Source of the DNA: Macrostomum lignano
Taxonomy: Eukaryota
DNA length: 64,000 bases
Assembly (NCBI GenBank): GCA_002269645.1
Contig: NIVC01000424.1
Coordinates: 310,001-374,000 of the forward strand
Direction of reading: 5' to 3'
The position numbers were made by a program, and so were the translations under genes. Within the stretch, counting starts at the first letter, position 1; each line of letters begins with the position of its first letter. The notes beneath the pieces were generated by a model. It was not told where the DNA came from. It worked only from the letters and a program-made list of their open reading frames with translations, and did not search any database. This document shows, one piece after another, positions 12,875-26,026 of the stretch.

Positions 12875-15800
12875 ATGGACGAGAAACTCCCGGACAGCGA
12901 GCGGCACCTTAGACTGGGCCTGCTGATTCTGTACGGCCTCGTTGGCGCGGTGGCCATCGCGGCCAATGCCGGTTTGGGGCTCGCCATCTGGCTCAGCCGT
13001 CGAGACCGTCAGCGGCCGAGGACGCAGGCTCTCCTAGCCAACCTCTGCCTGTGCGACCTCTGCATCAGCGCCATCGTCCTGCCGGTCACCGCGTTGAGCT
13101 TCGCCGACCTGCGCTGGCACCTGGGCGCGGTACTCTGTCCGCTGGTCCAGTTCGCCAGCTGCTCCGTGATGTTCGCCTCGGTGTTCACCTTGGCCTCGGC
13201 CAGCCTGGTTGAAGGATTCGGGTTGGGAGACAGTTTTGCCGCAGCGGCTGCGGCAGCAGGAACCAGCGGAGGCGGCAGCGTCGGCAATAGCAGCGGAGTC
13301 GAAGGCGGGGCTGGCAGCGGCGTCAGCGTTCGAGACGGGAGTTCCAGCAGATGGCATCGGTTTTGGAGCTCACGAGGGTGCGTGCGATGGTTTGTACCTG
13401 TTAGATAGGGGTGTCCGGGTGTGTTACCTGTTAGATAGGGGTGTCCGGGTGTGTTACCTGTTAGATAGGGGTGTCCGGATGTGTTACCTGTTAGATAGGG
13501 GTGTCCGGGTGTGTTACCTGTTAGATAGAGGTGTCCGGATGTGTTACCTGTTAGATAGAGGTGTCCAGATGTGTTCCTGTTAGATAGGGGTGTCTGGGTA
13601 TGTTACCTGTTAGATAGAGGTGTCCGGTGTGTTAGCTGTTAGATAGAGGTGTCCGGTGTGTTACCTGTTAGATAGAGGTGTCCAGATGTGTTACCTGTTA
13701 GATAGGGGTGTCCGGGTGTGTTACCTGTTAGATAGAGGTCTCCGGATGTGTTACCTGTTAGATAGGGGTTTCCGGTGTGTTACCTGTTAGATAGGGGGGT
13801 CCAGGTGTGTTACCTGTTAGATAGGGGTGTCCAGGTGTGTTACCTGTTAGATAGAGGTGTCCGGGTGTTAGCTGTTAGATAGAGATGTCCGGGTGTGTTA
13901 CCTGTTAGATAGGGGTGTCTGGGTATGTTACCTGTTAGATAGAGGTGTCCGGTGTGTTAGCTGTTAGATAGGGGTGTCTGGGTATGTTACCCGTTAGATA
14001 GAGGTGTCCGGTGTGTTAGCTGTTAGATAGAGGTGTCCGGGTGTGTTACCTGTTAGATAGAGGTCTCCGGGTGTGTTACCTGTTAGATAGAGGTGTCCGG
14101 GTGTTATCTGTTAGATAGAGGTGTCCGGGTGTGTTACCTGTTAGATAGAGGTGTCCGAATGTGTTACCTTTTAGATAGGGTGTCCGGGTGTGTTACCTTT
14201 TAGATACGGGTGTCCGAGGGTGCTATATGTTAGACAGATTGTGTAACCTATGAGACAATAGTCCCTGTACAATATCTCTCTGTAAAAGCTTAGCAGAAAT
14301 CATTAACCAACGAATTCCATTCGCAGTTTTTCCGGCATAAAATGGATCGCCTGTCTGTGGCTTCTGTCCGGGCTTTTTGCCGCCCCTAATGCGGTTAATT
14401 ACCGAATCGAGTTTTGCAACGACAGGTGCGTGTTTTAAGACACTTATAAATATGCAGCAACAGGCACGGCCCAAATGGAATCCGGGGAGTGGGGTGGCTG
14501 TTTAAATGAAGCCTGGGGAGTGGGGTGGTTGTCCAACTGACGCTCGAGGAGTGGGCTGGCTGTCCAACTGATGCCCGGGGAGTGGGGTGGCTGTCCAACT
14601 GACGCTCGAGGAGTGGGCTGGCTGTCCAACTGATGCCCGGGGAGTGGGGTGGCTGTCCAACTGACGCTCGAGGAGTGGGCTGGCTGTCCAACTGATTCCC
14701 GGGGAGTGGGGTGGTTGTCCAACTGACGCTCGAGGAGTGGGCTGGCTGTCCAACTGATGCCCGGGGAGTGGGGTGGTTGTCCGACTGATGCCCGGGGAGT
14801 GGGGTGGTTGTCCAACTGATGCCCGGGGAGTGGGGTGGCTATCCAACAGACTTAAAGTGTCTCCCCCTGGTTAGTCTTATCCGCCTCAGAGCTACAATGG
14901 GCTTCTTTAGTCCTTTTTGAAATCCCTTCTTGATCAAGCAGAGTTTATTTAAAAAGGCAGAAGATGCAGAGGCAACATGACTTGGATGCTGCCTCTCGAG
15001 TTTCAAAGGTGAATTGAGAGAGGGGAGTAAATAAGGACAATGAAAATAAATCAAAGTGAATCTGAGCCAGCTTAGCCGGGAACTTAAATCAGGATTTCTT
15101 CTGTATCGACTTCGAAAATTGACAAAAAATGAATATTTTCTTAATCAAGTAGTCGGTGTCTAAATCAAGGGGATTTAGATTTAATCTTTACCTTTTCCTA
15201 TCGGATCTACTCCCTCTATCGTTTAGCCGCTCCTTCCATCACTTATCCGCTCCCTCCATCACTTATCCGCTCCCTCCATCACTTATCCGCTCCCTCCATC
15301 ACTTATCCACTCCCTCCATCACTTATCCACTCCCTCCATCACTTATCCGCTCCCTCCATCACTTATCCGCTCTCTCCATCACTTATCCACTCCCTCCATC
15401 ACTTATCCGCTCCCTCCATCACTTATCCACTCCCTCCATCACTTATCCACTCCCTCCATCACTTATCCGTTCTCTCCATCACTTATCCACTCCCTCCATC
15501 ACTTATCCACTCCCTCCATCACTTATCCGCTCCCTCCATTACTTATCCGCTCCCTCCATCACTTATCCACTCCCTCCATCACTTATCCGCTCCCTCCATC
15601 ACTTATCCGCTCTCTCCATCACTTATCCGCTCCCTCCATCACTTATCCGCTCCCTTCATCACTTATCCGCTCCCTCCATCACTTATCCGCTCTCTCCATC
15701 ACTTATCCGCTCCCTCCATCACTTATCCGCTCTCTCCATCACTTATCCGCTCTCTCCATCACTTATCCGCTCCCTCCATCACTTATCCGCTCTCTCCATC

Positions 15801-18190
15801 ACTTATCCGCTCCCTCCATCACTTATCCGCTCCCTTCATCACTTATTCGCTCTCTCCATCACTTATCCGCTTAACCTGAAGCCCCAGTCACTGCAACTCC
15901 CGCTTAAACTGAAGCCTCAGTCACTGCAACTCCCGCTTAAACTGAAGCCTCAGTCACTGCAACTCGAGCTTTACCTGAAGCCCCAGTCACTGCAACTCCC
16001 GCTTAACCTGAAGCCCCAGTCACTGCAACTCCCGCTTAACCTGAAGCCCCAGTCACTGCAACTCCCGCTTAACCTGAAGCCCCAGTCACTGCAACTCCCG
16101 CTTAACCTGAAGCTCCAGTCACTGCAACTCGAGCTTAACCTGAAGCTCCAGTCACTGCAGCTCCCGCTTAACCTGAAGCTCCAGTCACTGCAACTCCCGC
16201 TTAACCTGAAGCTCCAGTCACTGCAACTCCCGCTTAACCTGAAGCCCCAGTCACTGCAACTCGAGCTTAACCTGAAGCTCCAGTCACTGCAACTCCCGCT
16301 TAAACTGAAGCCTCAGTCACTGCAACTCGAGCTTTACCTGAAGCCCCAGTCACTGCAACTCCCGCTTAACCTGAAGCCCCAGTCACTGCAACTCCCGCTT
16401 AACCTGAAGCCCCAGTCACTGCAACTCCCGCTTAACCTGAAGCCCCAGTCACTGCAACTCCCGCTTAACCTGAAGCCCCAGTCACTGCAACTCCCGCTTA
16501 ACCTGAAGCCCCAGTCACTGCAACTCCCGCTTAACCTGAAGCTCCAGTCACTGCAACTCCCGCTTAACCTGAAGCTCCAGTCACTGCAACTCCCGCTTAA
16601 CCTGAAGCCCCAGTCACTGCAACTCGAGCTTAACCTGAAGCTCCAGTCACTGCAACTCCCGCTTAACCTGAAGCTCCAGTCACTGCAACTCCCGCTTAAC
16701 CTGAAGCTCCAGTCACTGCAACTCGAGCTTAACCTGAAGCTCCAGTCACTGCAACTCCCGCTTAACCTGAAGCTCCAGTCACTGCAACTCGAGCTTAACC
16801 TAAAGCTCCAGTCACTGCAGCTCCCGCTTAACCTGAAGCCCCAGTCACTGCAGCTCCCGCTTAACCTGAAGCTCCAGTCACTGCAGCTCCCGCTTAACCT
16901 GAAGCTCCAGTCACTGCAACTCCCGCTTAACCTGAAGCTCCAGTCACTGCAACTCCCGCTTAACCTGAAGCTCCAGTCACTGCAACTCCCGCTTAACCTG
17001 AAGCTCCAGTCACTGCAGCTCCCGCTTAACCTGAAGCCCCAGTCACTGCAACTCCCGCTTAACCTGAAGCCCCAGTCACTGCAACTCCCGCTTAACCTGA
17101 AGCCCCAGTCACTGCAGCTCCCGCTTAACCTGAAGCCTCAGTCACTGCAGCTCCCGCTTAACCTGAAGCTCCAGTCACTGCAACTCCCGCTTAACCTGAA
17201 GCCCCAGTCACTGCAACTCCCGCTTAACCTGAAGCTCCAGTCACTGCAACTCCCGCTTAACCTGAAGCCCCAGTCACTGCAGCTCCCGCTTAACCTGAAG
17301 CCCCAGTCACTGCAACTCCCGCTTAACCTGAAGTCCCAGTCACTGCAACTCCCGCTTAACCTGAAGCCCCAGTCACTGCAACTCCCGCTTAACCTGAAGC
17401 CTCAGTGACCGCAAATCCCGTCTCTTCCCTTCTCTTCTCTCCTCTGTCCAGCAACCCGCACGCCACCTACGAGCTGACGCCCGCTGAAGACTCGCAGAGC
17501 TGCCAGCTGTGCTCCGAGAGCTGGAGCCGCAGTCTCCGCCTGCTCGGCCTGCAGGCCAACCGCAGCAACGAAGACGCCGCTCGAAGCGGCTACGCCTCCC
17601 TAACTGCCGTCTGCCTGCTGCTGCTGCCCACACTGGCCATCGGCGCCGCTCACTGCCGGATCTACCAGCGCCTGTCGGGTCTGGTGCACCGACGCCAGAC
17701 CGAACTGCGGCTTCAACTGCTTCGCGGCGACCCCACGGCCGACACGGCTGCTGCAGCGGAATCGGCGGTCGATTTCCGGATGCGACGGGCTCGATGCATC
17801 TACCGCGCGTCAGTTGTCATGGTGCTGGTGTTCGTCCTGTTCTGGGCGCCGCTGCACCTGTACAACCTGTTCGCCGACACCCTGATGAACCAGCTGATCA
17901 AGCTGAACACCAGCCTGGAGTTCTTTATCGTTGCTAAGAATGTCTACCAGGTGTTCATGTGTCTGGCACTCACTAATTCGGCCGCTAATCCATTCTTTCT
18001 ATTTGCCATGCATTCCGTCTATCGGAGGTCGCTAGTTCGAATCTGCTGCCGCTGTCTACGTAATGGAAGAGACGCGGCTGTTGATAGCAATTGCGAGGAA
18101 GTCATCCACAATGACACCGCGGATGCGGATGCAGAGCTGCTGCCGCTGCGTCCGATTGAGACTGGGTCGGCCGGGAGGGGATCCGAGTAA
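12875..18190 (+). CDS. Class A (rhodopsin-like) neuropeptide-receptor-type GPCR, ~446 aa; exons 12875-13377, 14327-14425, 17452-18190
   Basis: Seven hydrophobic segments: TM2 LANLCLCDL, ECL1 WHLGAVLC, TM4 WIACLWLLSGLFAAP (99-nt phase-2 exon not in the ORF track), TM6 FVLFWAPLH, TM7 TNSAANPFF. All junctions are phase 2; 1341 nt total. Confidence 0.88.
13396..14215. repeat. ~30-bp minisatellite (GTGTTACCTGTTAGATAGGGGTGTCCGGGT)n, GPCR intron 1
   Basis: Direct reading. Confidence 0.93.
14485..14845. repeat. 31-bp minisatellite (GGGGAGTGGGGTGGCTGTCCAACTGATGCCC)n
   Basis: Direct reading; two alternating variants. Confidence 0.9.
15230..17405. repeat. Abutting 20-bp (ACTTATCCGCTCCCTCCATC)n and 33-bp (TTAACCTGAAGCCCCAGTCACTGCAACTCCCGC)n arrays, GPCR intron 2
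   Basis: Direct reading; the switch is at about 15870. Confidence 0.95.
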
Positions 18191-18362
18191 GAGGCTGCTG
18201 CCGCTGCGTCCTAACACTGAAGGAAATGAACGCGTTTCATTTCCTGGAAATTTCATATCGTCGAAAGACAGCGGCTTTTACAAGCTTGAAACTTTAAACT
18301 AAGTTTGAAGATTAATTGGAGCTTATGAATTAATTGCCTTCTTTGACGATGCGATATTTGAC

Positions 18363-19151
18363 CAGGGGCTCGGCAAACTTCGTCCCGCAGGCCGCAAAGA
18401 CACTCTATCCGGCCTTCGCGGGCCTTTTTAAACTTCACATTTGCAATCCGGCCCGCTCAAAGCTCGGGTCCAACCTCTCCTCTCCTCTCCTCTCCTCTCC
18501 TCTTCTCTCCTCTCCTCTCCTCTCCTCTCCTCTCCTCTTCTCTTCTCTCCTCTCCTCTCCTCTCCTCTCCTCTCCTCTTCTCTCCTCTCCTCTCCTCTCC
18601 TCTCCTCTCCTCTCCTCTCCTCTCCTCTCCTCTCCTCTCCTCTTCTCTCATCTTCTTTCCTCTCCTCTCCTCTCCTCTCCTCTCCTCTCCTCTCCTCTCC
18701 TGTCCTCTCCTCTCCTCTCCTCTCCTCACCTCTCCTCTCCTCTCCTCTCCTCTCCTCTCCTCTCCTGTCCTCTCCTCTCCTCTCCTCTCCTCACCTCTCC
18801 TCTCCTCACCTCTCCTCTCCTCTCCTCTCCTCTCCTCTCCTCTCCTCTCCTCTCCTCACCTCTCCTCACCTCTCCTCTCCTCTCCTCTCCTCTCCTCTCC
18901 TCACCTCTCCTCTCCTCACCTCTCCTCACCTCTCCTCTCCTCTCCTCTCCTCTCCTCTCCTCTCCTCTCATCTCCTCTCCTCTCCTCTCCTCTCCTCTCC
19001 TCTTCTCTCCTCTCCTTTCCTCTCCTCTCCTCTCCTCTTCTCTCCTCTCCTCTCCTCTCCTCCCCTCTCCTCTTCCCTCCTCCTCTGGCAAGCAGTCATG
19101 CGCTAGGTTTTCTATCTGGCTTTTCAGTCTGGCTTTGGCTTACACCGCCTG
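18363..19151. mobile_element. Related MITE containing an expanded (TCTCC)n array (18475-19085)
   Basis: CAGGGGCTCGGCAAACT end; ATCCGGCCCGCTCAA motif before the array and GCAGTCATGCGCTAGGTT after it. No TSD match seen. Confidence 0.55.
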
Positions 19152-20149
19152 ATAACAAGAAAGTCTGAGATCGGATTTACAGTACTGTATATGCTGTCTG
19201 CTAGCGTCTCTGTGTACATGCACGGATGTCTGTGTTTACGCTTGATTGTTGTCTCAACATCCTCATCAGATTAGAGCTACGGGCTAGTACTCACAAATTA
19301 ACTAAAAAACAGTCAACCTGCAACTCGCGTGATAATTAATTGTTTTTCTGTAAACTCATCGCAACATTCGCGTGTAACTTTTGAATTTTGTCAATCGAAG
19401 GTCACCGAAGCCGCAGCAACCCCCTGGGAACATGGCTAGCAAACAGCCAGTTCTATAGGAAACTCCATAGGCCGTAATATGAGGCGAAGAGAGGATTAAA
19501 AGGTGCAGCAAAGTAGAATTACAAACTGTGAGAGCTCTGCAAAGGAATAAAATTTGCGTGTGAGCACATGCCAATTAGAAGGCAAGGTTTTCGTCATCAT
19601 CACTGAGCAGTCTGTTTAGTTACGAGTAATTACAGCAAGTACTTTTTTGTCCCAAGTCTGCGTTGATTCAGCGTCCTCTTGTCTGTTTTGTTTGACGCGG
19701 TTTGTGTAACCATGACAACACCTGCGTTTTATTGTATTCGGTTGTGCTGCAGATCCATGTTGAGTAACTGTTGAAATATATATAGCTTTAAGAAACAGCT
19801 TCTATGTGTTAATAATAATACAAGTTCCTTCTTACAAGACTATTCTTCCCTCTGATAAACTCACGGATGTTGTGAGCTAAGATTGAACTAAAGATTAAAA
19901 TCCCCTCTGCAAGCAAGAAAAAGGCTTAAATGAATAACATTTTATGCTCTGCTTTAATACCATGGATTTTATGGTTGGGGACAAAGCCAAGAATTCTACA
20001 TGTACATGTACACATGACTAAATTCCTACATGTACATTAATTTCAGAATCGGTGTTGTCAGCGCTTTTTTGGCACCGCAGGCCCACAGGCACTCGTTATA
20101 GTGCCACAGGCACCCATTTTAGCGCCACAGGTCCTCATTTTGGCGCAAA

Positions 20150-21210
20150 AGGCACTCATTTTAGCGTCGTAGGCACTCATTTTAGCGCCGCAGGCACTCA
20201 TTTTGGCGCCGCAGGCACTCATTTTGGCGCCGCAGGCACTCATTTTGGCGCCGCAGGCACTCATTTTGGCGCATTTTGGCGCCGCAGACACTCAAACGCT
20301 TTGGCGCCGAAGGCACTCATTTTGGCGCCGCAGGAACTCATTTTGGCGCATTTTGGCGCCGCAGACACTCAAACGCTTTGGCGCCGAAGGCACTCATTTT
20401 GGCGCCGCAGGCACTCATTTTGGCGCATTTTGGCGCCGCAGACACTCAAACGCTTTGGCGCCGAAGGCACTCATTTTAGCGCCGCAGGCACTCATTTTGG
20501 CGCATTTTGGCGCCGAAGGCACTCATTTTGGCGCCGCAGGCACTCATTTTGGCGCATTTTGGCGCCGTAGACACTCAAACGCTTTGGCGCCGAAGGCACT
20601 CATTTTGGCGCCGCAGGCACTCATTTTGGCGCATTTTGGCGCCGCAGACACTCAAACGCTTTGGCGCCGAAGGCACTCATTTTGGCGCCGCAAGCACTCA
20701 TTTTGGCGCATTTTGGCGCCGCAGACACTCAAACGCTTTGGCGCCGAAGGCACTCATTTTGGCGCCGCAAGCACTCATTTTAGCGCCGCAGGCACTCATT
20801 TTGGCGCTGCAGGCATTCATTTTGGCGCCGCAGGCACTCATTTTGGCGCTGCAGGCATTCATTTTGGCGCATTTTGGCGCCGAAGGCACTCATTTTGGCG
20901 CCGCAGGCACTCATTTTGGCGCATTTTGGCGCCGCAGACACAAACGCTTTGGCGCCGAAGGCACTCATTTTGGCGCCGCAGGCACTCATTTTGGCGCATT
21001 TTGGCGCCGCAGACACTCAAACGCTTTGGCGCCGAAGGCACTCATTTTGGCGCCGCAAGCACTCATTTTGGCGCCGCAAGCACTTATTTTGGCGCCGCAG
21101 GCACTCATTTTGGCGCCGCAAGCACTCATTTTGGCGCCGCAGGCACTCATTTTGGCGCCGCAGGCACTCATTTTGGCGCCGCAGGCACTCATTTTGGCGC
21201 CGCAGGCACT
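20150..21210. repeat. 21-bp-based minisatellite (GGCACTCATTTTGGCGCCGCA)n with higher-order units
   Basis: Direct reading; degenerate units from 20060. Confidence 0.92.
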
Positions 21211-21945
21211 ATGTTTTGTCGCCCTGAAGCAAAACTATTAATTTCCATAACGGGTCACCAGGTGGGGTGGGGGGGGGTACAAAGCATTGGATGTCCCCCC
21301 ATAGCTTTTACTGAGGGGACATGTCCCCTCTGTCCCCCCCCGGGTGGCGAAGCCCATGCTACTACCTGCATCTATGAAGCCATGCGTACAAAGCCAAAAA
21401 TACATTTACAAATTTAAAGTACTTGCAGAACTTTTTATGCAAACACTGATGCAAGTTTATTTCTGCTAATTCTCGTTAATTAGCCTCTAATTACCCTTAA
21501 ATTAGACAGGAAAATGGCAGCAGAGACGAAAAGGGGACGCAATCTATTTATTTACAGCAGCCGAAAGTTGCGATAGAGACAATCAATTAACGTGCAGTAA
21601 CTTCAATAAAGTCAAAGTATTATTACTCACTGTAAACTAAATGCTTATGCTTGTTTCTTATTACAATCGTTAGACTAAATAAGTGAAGCGATTACAGTAT
21701 GTACAGATCGGGTTGGCACTGCATCAAAGAAAATATTACTGGATTCAACAGCGATAAATAGGATTGAGGGACTTTGCCCGCACGACACCAACTCAGGCAA
21801 AAAATAACGGGCCGCTTCGATCAGAAAAGGGGTTGAAACACCTCGTTTCAATCAATTCTTTTCATCCATTAAGCCTCACCCATCTCACATCCGTTGATAT
21901 ATAATTAATAGGCCACTTGGCGCTGGGCTAAAAATGATGACATAA

Positions 21946-22028
21946 GGCTGTGTGCACCCTGGCGCACTTTAAGCGACATTGTCGAACAACCGGCGAGAGG
22001 CATTACTGCCCATTCCGCCGACTCCCCT
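21946..22028 (+). repeat. Dispersed ~85-bp repeat, second copy at 28167-28248
   Basis: GGCTGTGTGCA(C/T)CCTGG(C/T)GCACT...GAGAGGCATT(A/G)CTGCCCATTCCGC(C/A)GACTCCCCT occurs at both sites. Confidence 0.65.
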
Positions 22029-22341
22029 TAAGGTTTGAGTCCGGGAGAAGAGAAACGGGAACAAATAATGCTAAAATAAAAAGTACAGGTGTTAGATAGA
22101 ACTGAAGATTTATGGACTGAACACGAGGACTTTCTAGAACGGCAATATGAACCGTGTCAGCTGGCTGTCAATTCAGCTTCCTTTATTCCGTTTGCCTGTT
22201 CAGCCTTTCCAACTGAAGCTTGTCGCCTGCAATGGGTATAACACACGGAGCGAGTGAGGCAAGTTCAATTTCAATCCAGAGCTGCTTGTGGCTCGCTCGT
22301 CCCCGTCTATCGAGACATTTCCTTGGTCTATCATGGGGAGC

Positions 22342-24811
22342 TCAGCCTTTAAGCTTAGGGCTACTAAAAATGTATTGGCCAAGTGCTAATTCGTAATTGA
22401 ATTAACATTATCCAGTTCGGTGTAGTCTCAAGGGGAAAGAAAGACTTGAGCAATGTAGAAAAGCAGAATACCCAATTTTCTCCGCTTTATCCAATTTGTA
22501 AAACTTCATTTATGAAATGCAGGTAACAGCTTAGACCTGCAAACATGCTGTTCGTGTCGTGCATCATGCTAGCATCGCACTATCAATGTTTAACTGGCCG
22601 AACTCACCTTAACTCTTTGCTTCTTTTCGACTGCTTATTCTTTGGCGGCGGCGGAGGTGGTGGAGATGGCGAAGACGCGGAATGCGACGGTTCACTGGCC
22701 GCTGCCTCCTCCATGGACTTGATGCTCTCGTAGGTGTGCGACTGGGCTGACTCGGACAATATCGCGTTTTCCTTTGAAGGCGGTGGCGATGTTGAACTGC
22801 TTGCACCGGAAAATCCCTCGTCTTCAATGTTCTCTTCGTCCGCATCGTAATGATTTACCTGTGCCGAGGGGAAACGGCACTAATTTTGTGCAAAGCTAAA
22901 GTGTTTGCATTTGACAGTGACAGTGTCTGTCTCAGGGGGCCAAATAGAGAACCTAGAGAATGACTGCGAGCCGGGGGGAGAGGAGAGGGAATAAAGAAGA
23001 GAGAAGGGAGATAAGAGAAAGGAGAGGCGAGAGGAGAGAGGAGAGAAGAGAGAAGCGGGGAGAGAGAAGAGGAGAGGAGATGATAGAGAAGAGAAGATAG
23101 GAGAGAAGATAGGAGAGAAGAGAGGAGAGAAAGGAGGAGAGAAGAGAGGAGAGAGGAGATGAGATGAAAGAAGAGAGGAGATGATAGAGGAGAGGCGAGA
23201 GGAGAGAGGAGAGAAGAGAGAAGAGAGGAGAGAAGAGAGGAGAGGAGAGGAGATGATAGAGAAGAGAAGATAGGAGAGAAGATAGGAGAGAAGAGAGGAG
23301 AGAAGGGAGGAGAGAAGAGAGGAGAGAAGAGAGGAGAGAGGGGAGGAGATGAGATGAGATGTAAGAAGAGAGGAGATGATAGAGGAGAGGCGAGAGGAGA
23401 GAGGAGAGAAGAGAGAAGAGAGGAGAGAAGAGAGAAGAGAAGATAGGAGAGAGGAGAGAAGAGAGAAGAGAGGAGAGAAGAGAGAAGAGAAGATAGGAGA
23501 GAGGAGAGGAGAGAAGGGAGGAGAGAAGGGAGGAGAGAAGAGAGGAGAGAAGAGAGGAGAGAGGAGATGAGATGAAAGAAGAGAGGAGATGATAGAGGAG
23601 AGAAGATAGGAGAGAAGAGAGGAAAGAAGAGAGGAGAGAGGAGATGAGATGAAAGAAGAGAGGAGATGATATAAAAGAGAAGATAGGAGAGAAGATAGGA
23701 GAGAAGAGAGGAGAGAAGGGAGGAGAGAAGGGAGGAGAGAAGAGAGGAGAGAAGAGAGGAGAGAGGAGATGAGATGAAAGAAGAGAGGAGATGATAGAGG
23801 AGAGAAGATAGGAGAGAAGAGAGGAAAGAAGAGAGGAGAGAGGAGATGAGATGAAAGAAGAGAGGAGATGATAGAGGAGAAAAGAGAGGAGAGAGGAGAT
23901 TAGAGAGAAAAGCGCTGAGAAGAGATAGAAACCTTGAGCGGGCCGGATTGCTATTGCAAAGTTTCAAAACACCCGAGGGCCGAATGAAGATGCTCCGCGG
24001 GCCGGAGTCTGCTGAAACCTGATTGTCTATCTAATTGAATTTGCACTTTCGTTAGCCACAAGCAGTAGTAGCAGTAATAGCATCGCTGCGTACTAATCAC
24101 ACAATGCCGAAGACTTTAAGTCACAACCCCAACCCCTAAGACAGACGAGAATGATCCTGCTGCGATAGAGTAGCAATGTTGAGCTACGGTACGGTAATGG
24201 TACGCTCGTACATTTTATATGAGAGGTGCTACTCCTGCACAGTCTCAGCACTCACGGTAGACAGCAGCAACAACAACAACAAAGTACACTGGATAGTCTC
24301 TAGTGTCACAGGGCGCGTCTCAAGGCCACAGCAGCGCTTTATCTATTCCTCTTCCCATACTGAGCCGGGATGCTGGGATTCAGTTATGAGTTAATTAACT
24401 CACTTGAGCAGTGGTCCGGACAGTTGTCGAACTGCCTGAGGTTTCATCTTCATCAAGAAACGTCTCCGGCAGGCTGTCAATCAGCAGCATGACAAAATTT
24501 CTGCGCTCCGACTCTGTTGAGGCCTGCGAGTCGAAACTCTCCAGTCGGAATTTGACGCGGCTACGAGAGGGCCGGAGACGAACTGAACTAGACGACTTGC
24601 GACGCTGCCGATCTGTAGTTTGCATGCAGTGCCGATACCTCACAGCCAGCTCCTCGTCATCAATCTGCATCCGAGCTTCGTAGTCGTCTCCGGTACTTGG
24701 CTTCTGCCGATGATGGCCAGGCTCTGAATTAGGGTCTATAGCCACCTCGAAGCTGTATCCGGAGCTCCGCTTGCTGCGCCCGCCAGCGCACGACGCTAAA
24801 TGGTTGCCCAT
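22342..24811 (-). CDS. Orphan, probably N-myristoylated disordered protein, ~226 aa; exons 24811-24404, 22858-22608, 22363-22342 (last exon tentative)
   Basis: MGNHLASC start; CAA|GTGAGT donor joins in phase 0 to CACAG|GTAAATCAT (VNHYDADEENIEDEG...PPPPPPPKNKQSKRSKEL); AG|GTGAGT donor. No domain recognised. Confidence 0.6.
22955..24012. mobile_element. Related MITE in opposite orientation containing an expanded GA-rich array (22980-23915)
   Basis: TTGAGCGGGCCGGATTGC at about 23935 and GAACCTAGAGAATGACTGC at about 22950 are reverse-complement matches of the motifs in the 18363 copy. Confidence 0.5.
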
Positions 24812-25213
24812 ATCTACAGCCGGCTGAGCGACTGGCTGTGTCAGCTCAAGTGCTCAAAGTATTTATTTATAAATGTAAAAATAACTGCTGCTTCAGACGA
24901 GACTGCTTCTCATGTGTATTTATATTATTCTTACCAGCTATCCTAATTTAGACTGCGGTGGTTTGCCCCTCTGCTATTTCGAACTCATGCAGCTTTTTAA
25001 GTCTGGCCAGATACGCATGAACAATTTAATTTTCAAACCTCTCCATTGCTTTTCTCTGTCTCTCTCTCTCTCCGTCTGCTGACTATTCTCTTCGAGCTGT
25101 CTGTCTCTGTCTCAATGTACCTGACCCTGCTCAACCCACTATATATAACTGTTGTATGGGCTTTTTAAAAAAATGACGCAAAAGCAGACTGAGCGCATGA
25201 CCCCAGATGCGCG

Positions 25214-25256
<43 letters not shown>

Positions 25257-26026
25257 CAAGCGTAAATAAGCTTAGGTGTGCTGATCTCGCCCTCCCTCAG
25301 CTTAAATTGAATTTGCTTCTATTTGGATAGCAAGAAAATTCACCAGACCCCGAATGTGTGCTCACGCGGGAGCGCTCACTCACGGTTTTATGAATTATTG
25401 CAGCATCACAATGTCTAATGTCTATACTAATACTATAGTGTCATAAAAGGTCATTCAATAAAATTTAAACCATTAAATCGCTACGTACATTTAATTGTAC
25501 ATGTCCTATGCCTAAAAAAGCATAAAACTGGCACGGCTCAATGGTTTTATGAATCTATACTTTGTCATTCTTTGCTGATTCTGTAAAATATGTTATGACT
25601 TTTAGGTACAGTGAATGTACGAACAAGCTCTACAACTATCAATAGAACTACAAGAAAGGCACAACATATCAAAAAATGAACATTGGGTCTGCGTCCTATC
25701 GAAAGCAATAACAATATTTGTGCAGATAAAATGAAAACTTCCTATCTCCGTAGTGTATTCTTTCGGTAACACCTGCATGCCTCCTAAAATTTTCCAAGAA
25801 AAGAGGTTTCCCATCCTTCTACTTGAGTAGTCTTTGTTCAGATGGCGGTGCCAGGGGGGAATAGCGATTAAGGAAATAACTGCGCCATGTCTATGGCAAA
25901 AGCTTCCCGCCGAAAAGAATGAGAGGTCGAGCCCAAAACCCAAAGTGTTAATTTCCAATAACTTGCTAGAGATCGTTGCAATTTCACAAAAATTCATATT
26001 TTACTTAAATTTCCTACACACCGACT

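Noticed and set aside
15156-17408. 750-aa ORF (LNLKPQSLQLP repeats)
   Set aside because: It is a stop-free reading of 20- and 33-bp satellites inside GPCR intron 2; the GPCR exons splice around it in phase.
22200-22382. 60-aa ORF as the last exon of the orphan gene
   Set aside because: Its frame is incompatible with the phase-2 donor at 22608; the compatible frame stops after 7 codons.
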